A DNA stretch of 64,000 bases, taken from assembly GCA_002269645.1 (NCBI GenBank), contig NIVC01000712.1, positions 62,001-126,000 of the forward strand, in the 5' to 3' direction. Below are positions 62,901 to 64,000 of this stretch, in pieces. Origin of the DNA: Macrostomum lignano. Taxonomy: Eukaryota. How positions within the stretch are numbered: the first letter of the stretch is position 1; every line of letters begins with the position of its first letter. The notes under the pieces were generated by a model that was given only the letters and a program-made list of their open reading frames with translations, did not search any database and was not told where the DNA came from. Position numbers and translations under genes: made by a program.

Positions 62901-63737
62901 TCAATGTTATAAATTAGCAAAAACAAACTCCATTTTAAATTAAAAATAATTATCATTTGATAGGTATAAATTTTATGTCATTGCCTAGACAGTGACCATT
63001 CTGAAGACGTTTTGAAAGTCTAATGATATTATTATACATATATATATGCAGATATAAAAAAGCAGGAAACTTTTTCATGTTCTTAGAGATTTTATCTTAA
63101 AGTATAGTCTTTATCTGTAATCATAAAAAAATTATGAATAAATGCAAAAAATGCAAAGGTTTTGCATTTTCAGTTTAAAAAATATTTAATAGGTAAACGA
63201 CTAATTCTTTTTTAAGGCATAAGTTTAAAGACTTTTCTGATAGCCACTAGATTTATACCTTACATTTTAGGTATTTCATTTGTATTGTAGAATTTCAATT
63301 CTTAGTTGGAATTTAATTCAGCTTTAAAGCAAATGTCAACTTTTGTATTCGTATCTCCAGTCAGATTCACGTTCTTCGATATTTGTTTGGATTTTCGGAT
63401 AACATAATAGTGTACCAACCAATGTACAATTTATAATATCTAAACATAAACAGACTATCAAGAATCAAGACAATAGTTTTTAGCCACCTACACATATTTA
63501 TAATATTATATTCAATTTGATATGATGATGATAATTAAATTTAGCATGAATAATTAGATTTAATACTTTAGTCTTAGATACAACTATTTCGAATTGTGGC
63601 ATGACACCGAGTTGACTTACTCCAATCTGCCTAACTTTGGCATTGAAAATTCGGCCCTGACGCTGCTGTTCCCGATTGCGACGCCGCTCAATCGCAGCAG
63701 CCTCCTTGCGATCAAGAGGGGTGTCGAGCTTGTACAT
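59909..63737 (-). CDS. RIB43A: RIB43A-like axonemal microtubule inner protein (RIBC1/RIBC2 family), 379 aa
   Basis: Exons 63737-63621, 62743-62156, 61187-60942, 60097-59909; all phase 0, GT-AG, 1140 nt. Motifs RIFNAKVRQIGID, REWDLYDPEALKKDKPARVHDDDPR, SSLQKFDGEDL, DMLTENP, VPDRWKGM and C-terminal PTAAYFMQFNTSSR. Confidence 0.95.
60325..60830 (+). mobile_element. Degenerate RTE-like LINE fragment (post-RT region) in RIB43A intron 3, antisense to the gene
   Basis: Translates in shifting frames to KTEVLHVG...ECRDFRSLASF and LKLRIFRAAVEPIFLYA...LNAAFRALLRFSL, typical of the region C-terminal to the RT core. Confidence 0.6.
61250..62060. repeat. 47-bp minisatellite, ~17 copies (RIB43A intron 2)
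   Basis: Unit cagcccaagctgtgcgccccatagaacccaccaccccaataatagaa. Confidence 0.95.
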
Positions 63738-64000
63738 ATCTTATCCTTAGTATTCCCGTATAAATAAAGTTGGCAAGTTGCCTGATTAAGATATCCAGTC
63801 AAGGTTAGAAATGTATAATTTGTACGAGGACTAGAGAGTTTAAAATGTCACAACTACCGTCAGTAACTATGACGCCAAAGTATAACAAAACGTACTAAAA
63901 TTTTTCTTTGTTAAAAAAATAAAAAAGTATAGTAGTATTAATTCTTAGAATAGGTAACTTTGCGTTGCTACAAGTTTGATGTTTAGTAGAGAAATAATTC

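Noticed and set aside
63740-64000. RFX X-box upstream of RIB43A
   Set aside because: Only half-sites (gttgcc, gttgct) were seen, with no complete palindromic X-box inside the window.

Overview
Eukaryotic (metazoan) genomic DNA with GC-rich spliced exons, AT-rich introns and very dense minisatellites. The style suggests an invertebrate, plausibly a flatworm such as Macrostomum; this is inference only. Five protein-coding genes could be assembled by hand from GT-AG junctions with consistent phases. (1) A 14-exon minus-strand protein 4.1/coracle-type FERM gene (27574->6082, ~1190 aa) with two DDX1-type SPRY domains spliced in frame after the FERM-FA module, an ankyrin-like motif and a C-terminal ESDI. 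(2, 3) Two tandem 9-exon CLCA-like genes (38567-42798 and 49624-53554, plus strand). Both have lost the HExxH zinc motif and the loop where CLCAs self-cleave but keep the VWA MIDAS, and they share an apparent gene-conversion tract. (4) A 3-exon orphan gene with a Cys-rich block (54660-58255). (5) RIB43A (63737->59909, 379 aa). The rest is about 20 different tandem arrays and many TE relics: tRNA-derived SINEs, RTE-like LINE fragments, a Merlin element, a Harbinger-like MITE containing a hAT element that carries a split 28S rRNA fragment, a CACTA-like element, and a long-TIR element with Helitron-like 3' ends on both sides. Most long ORFs in the supplied track are artefacts of tandem repeats.
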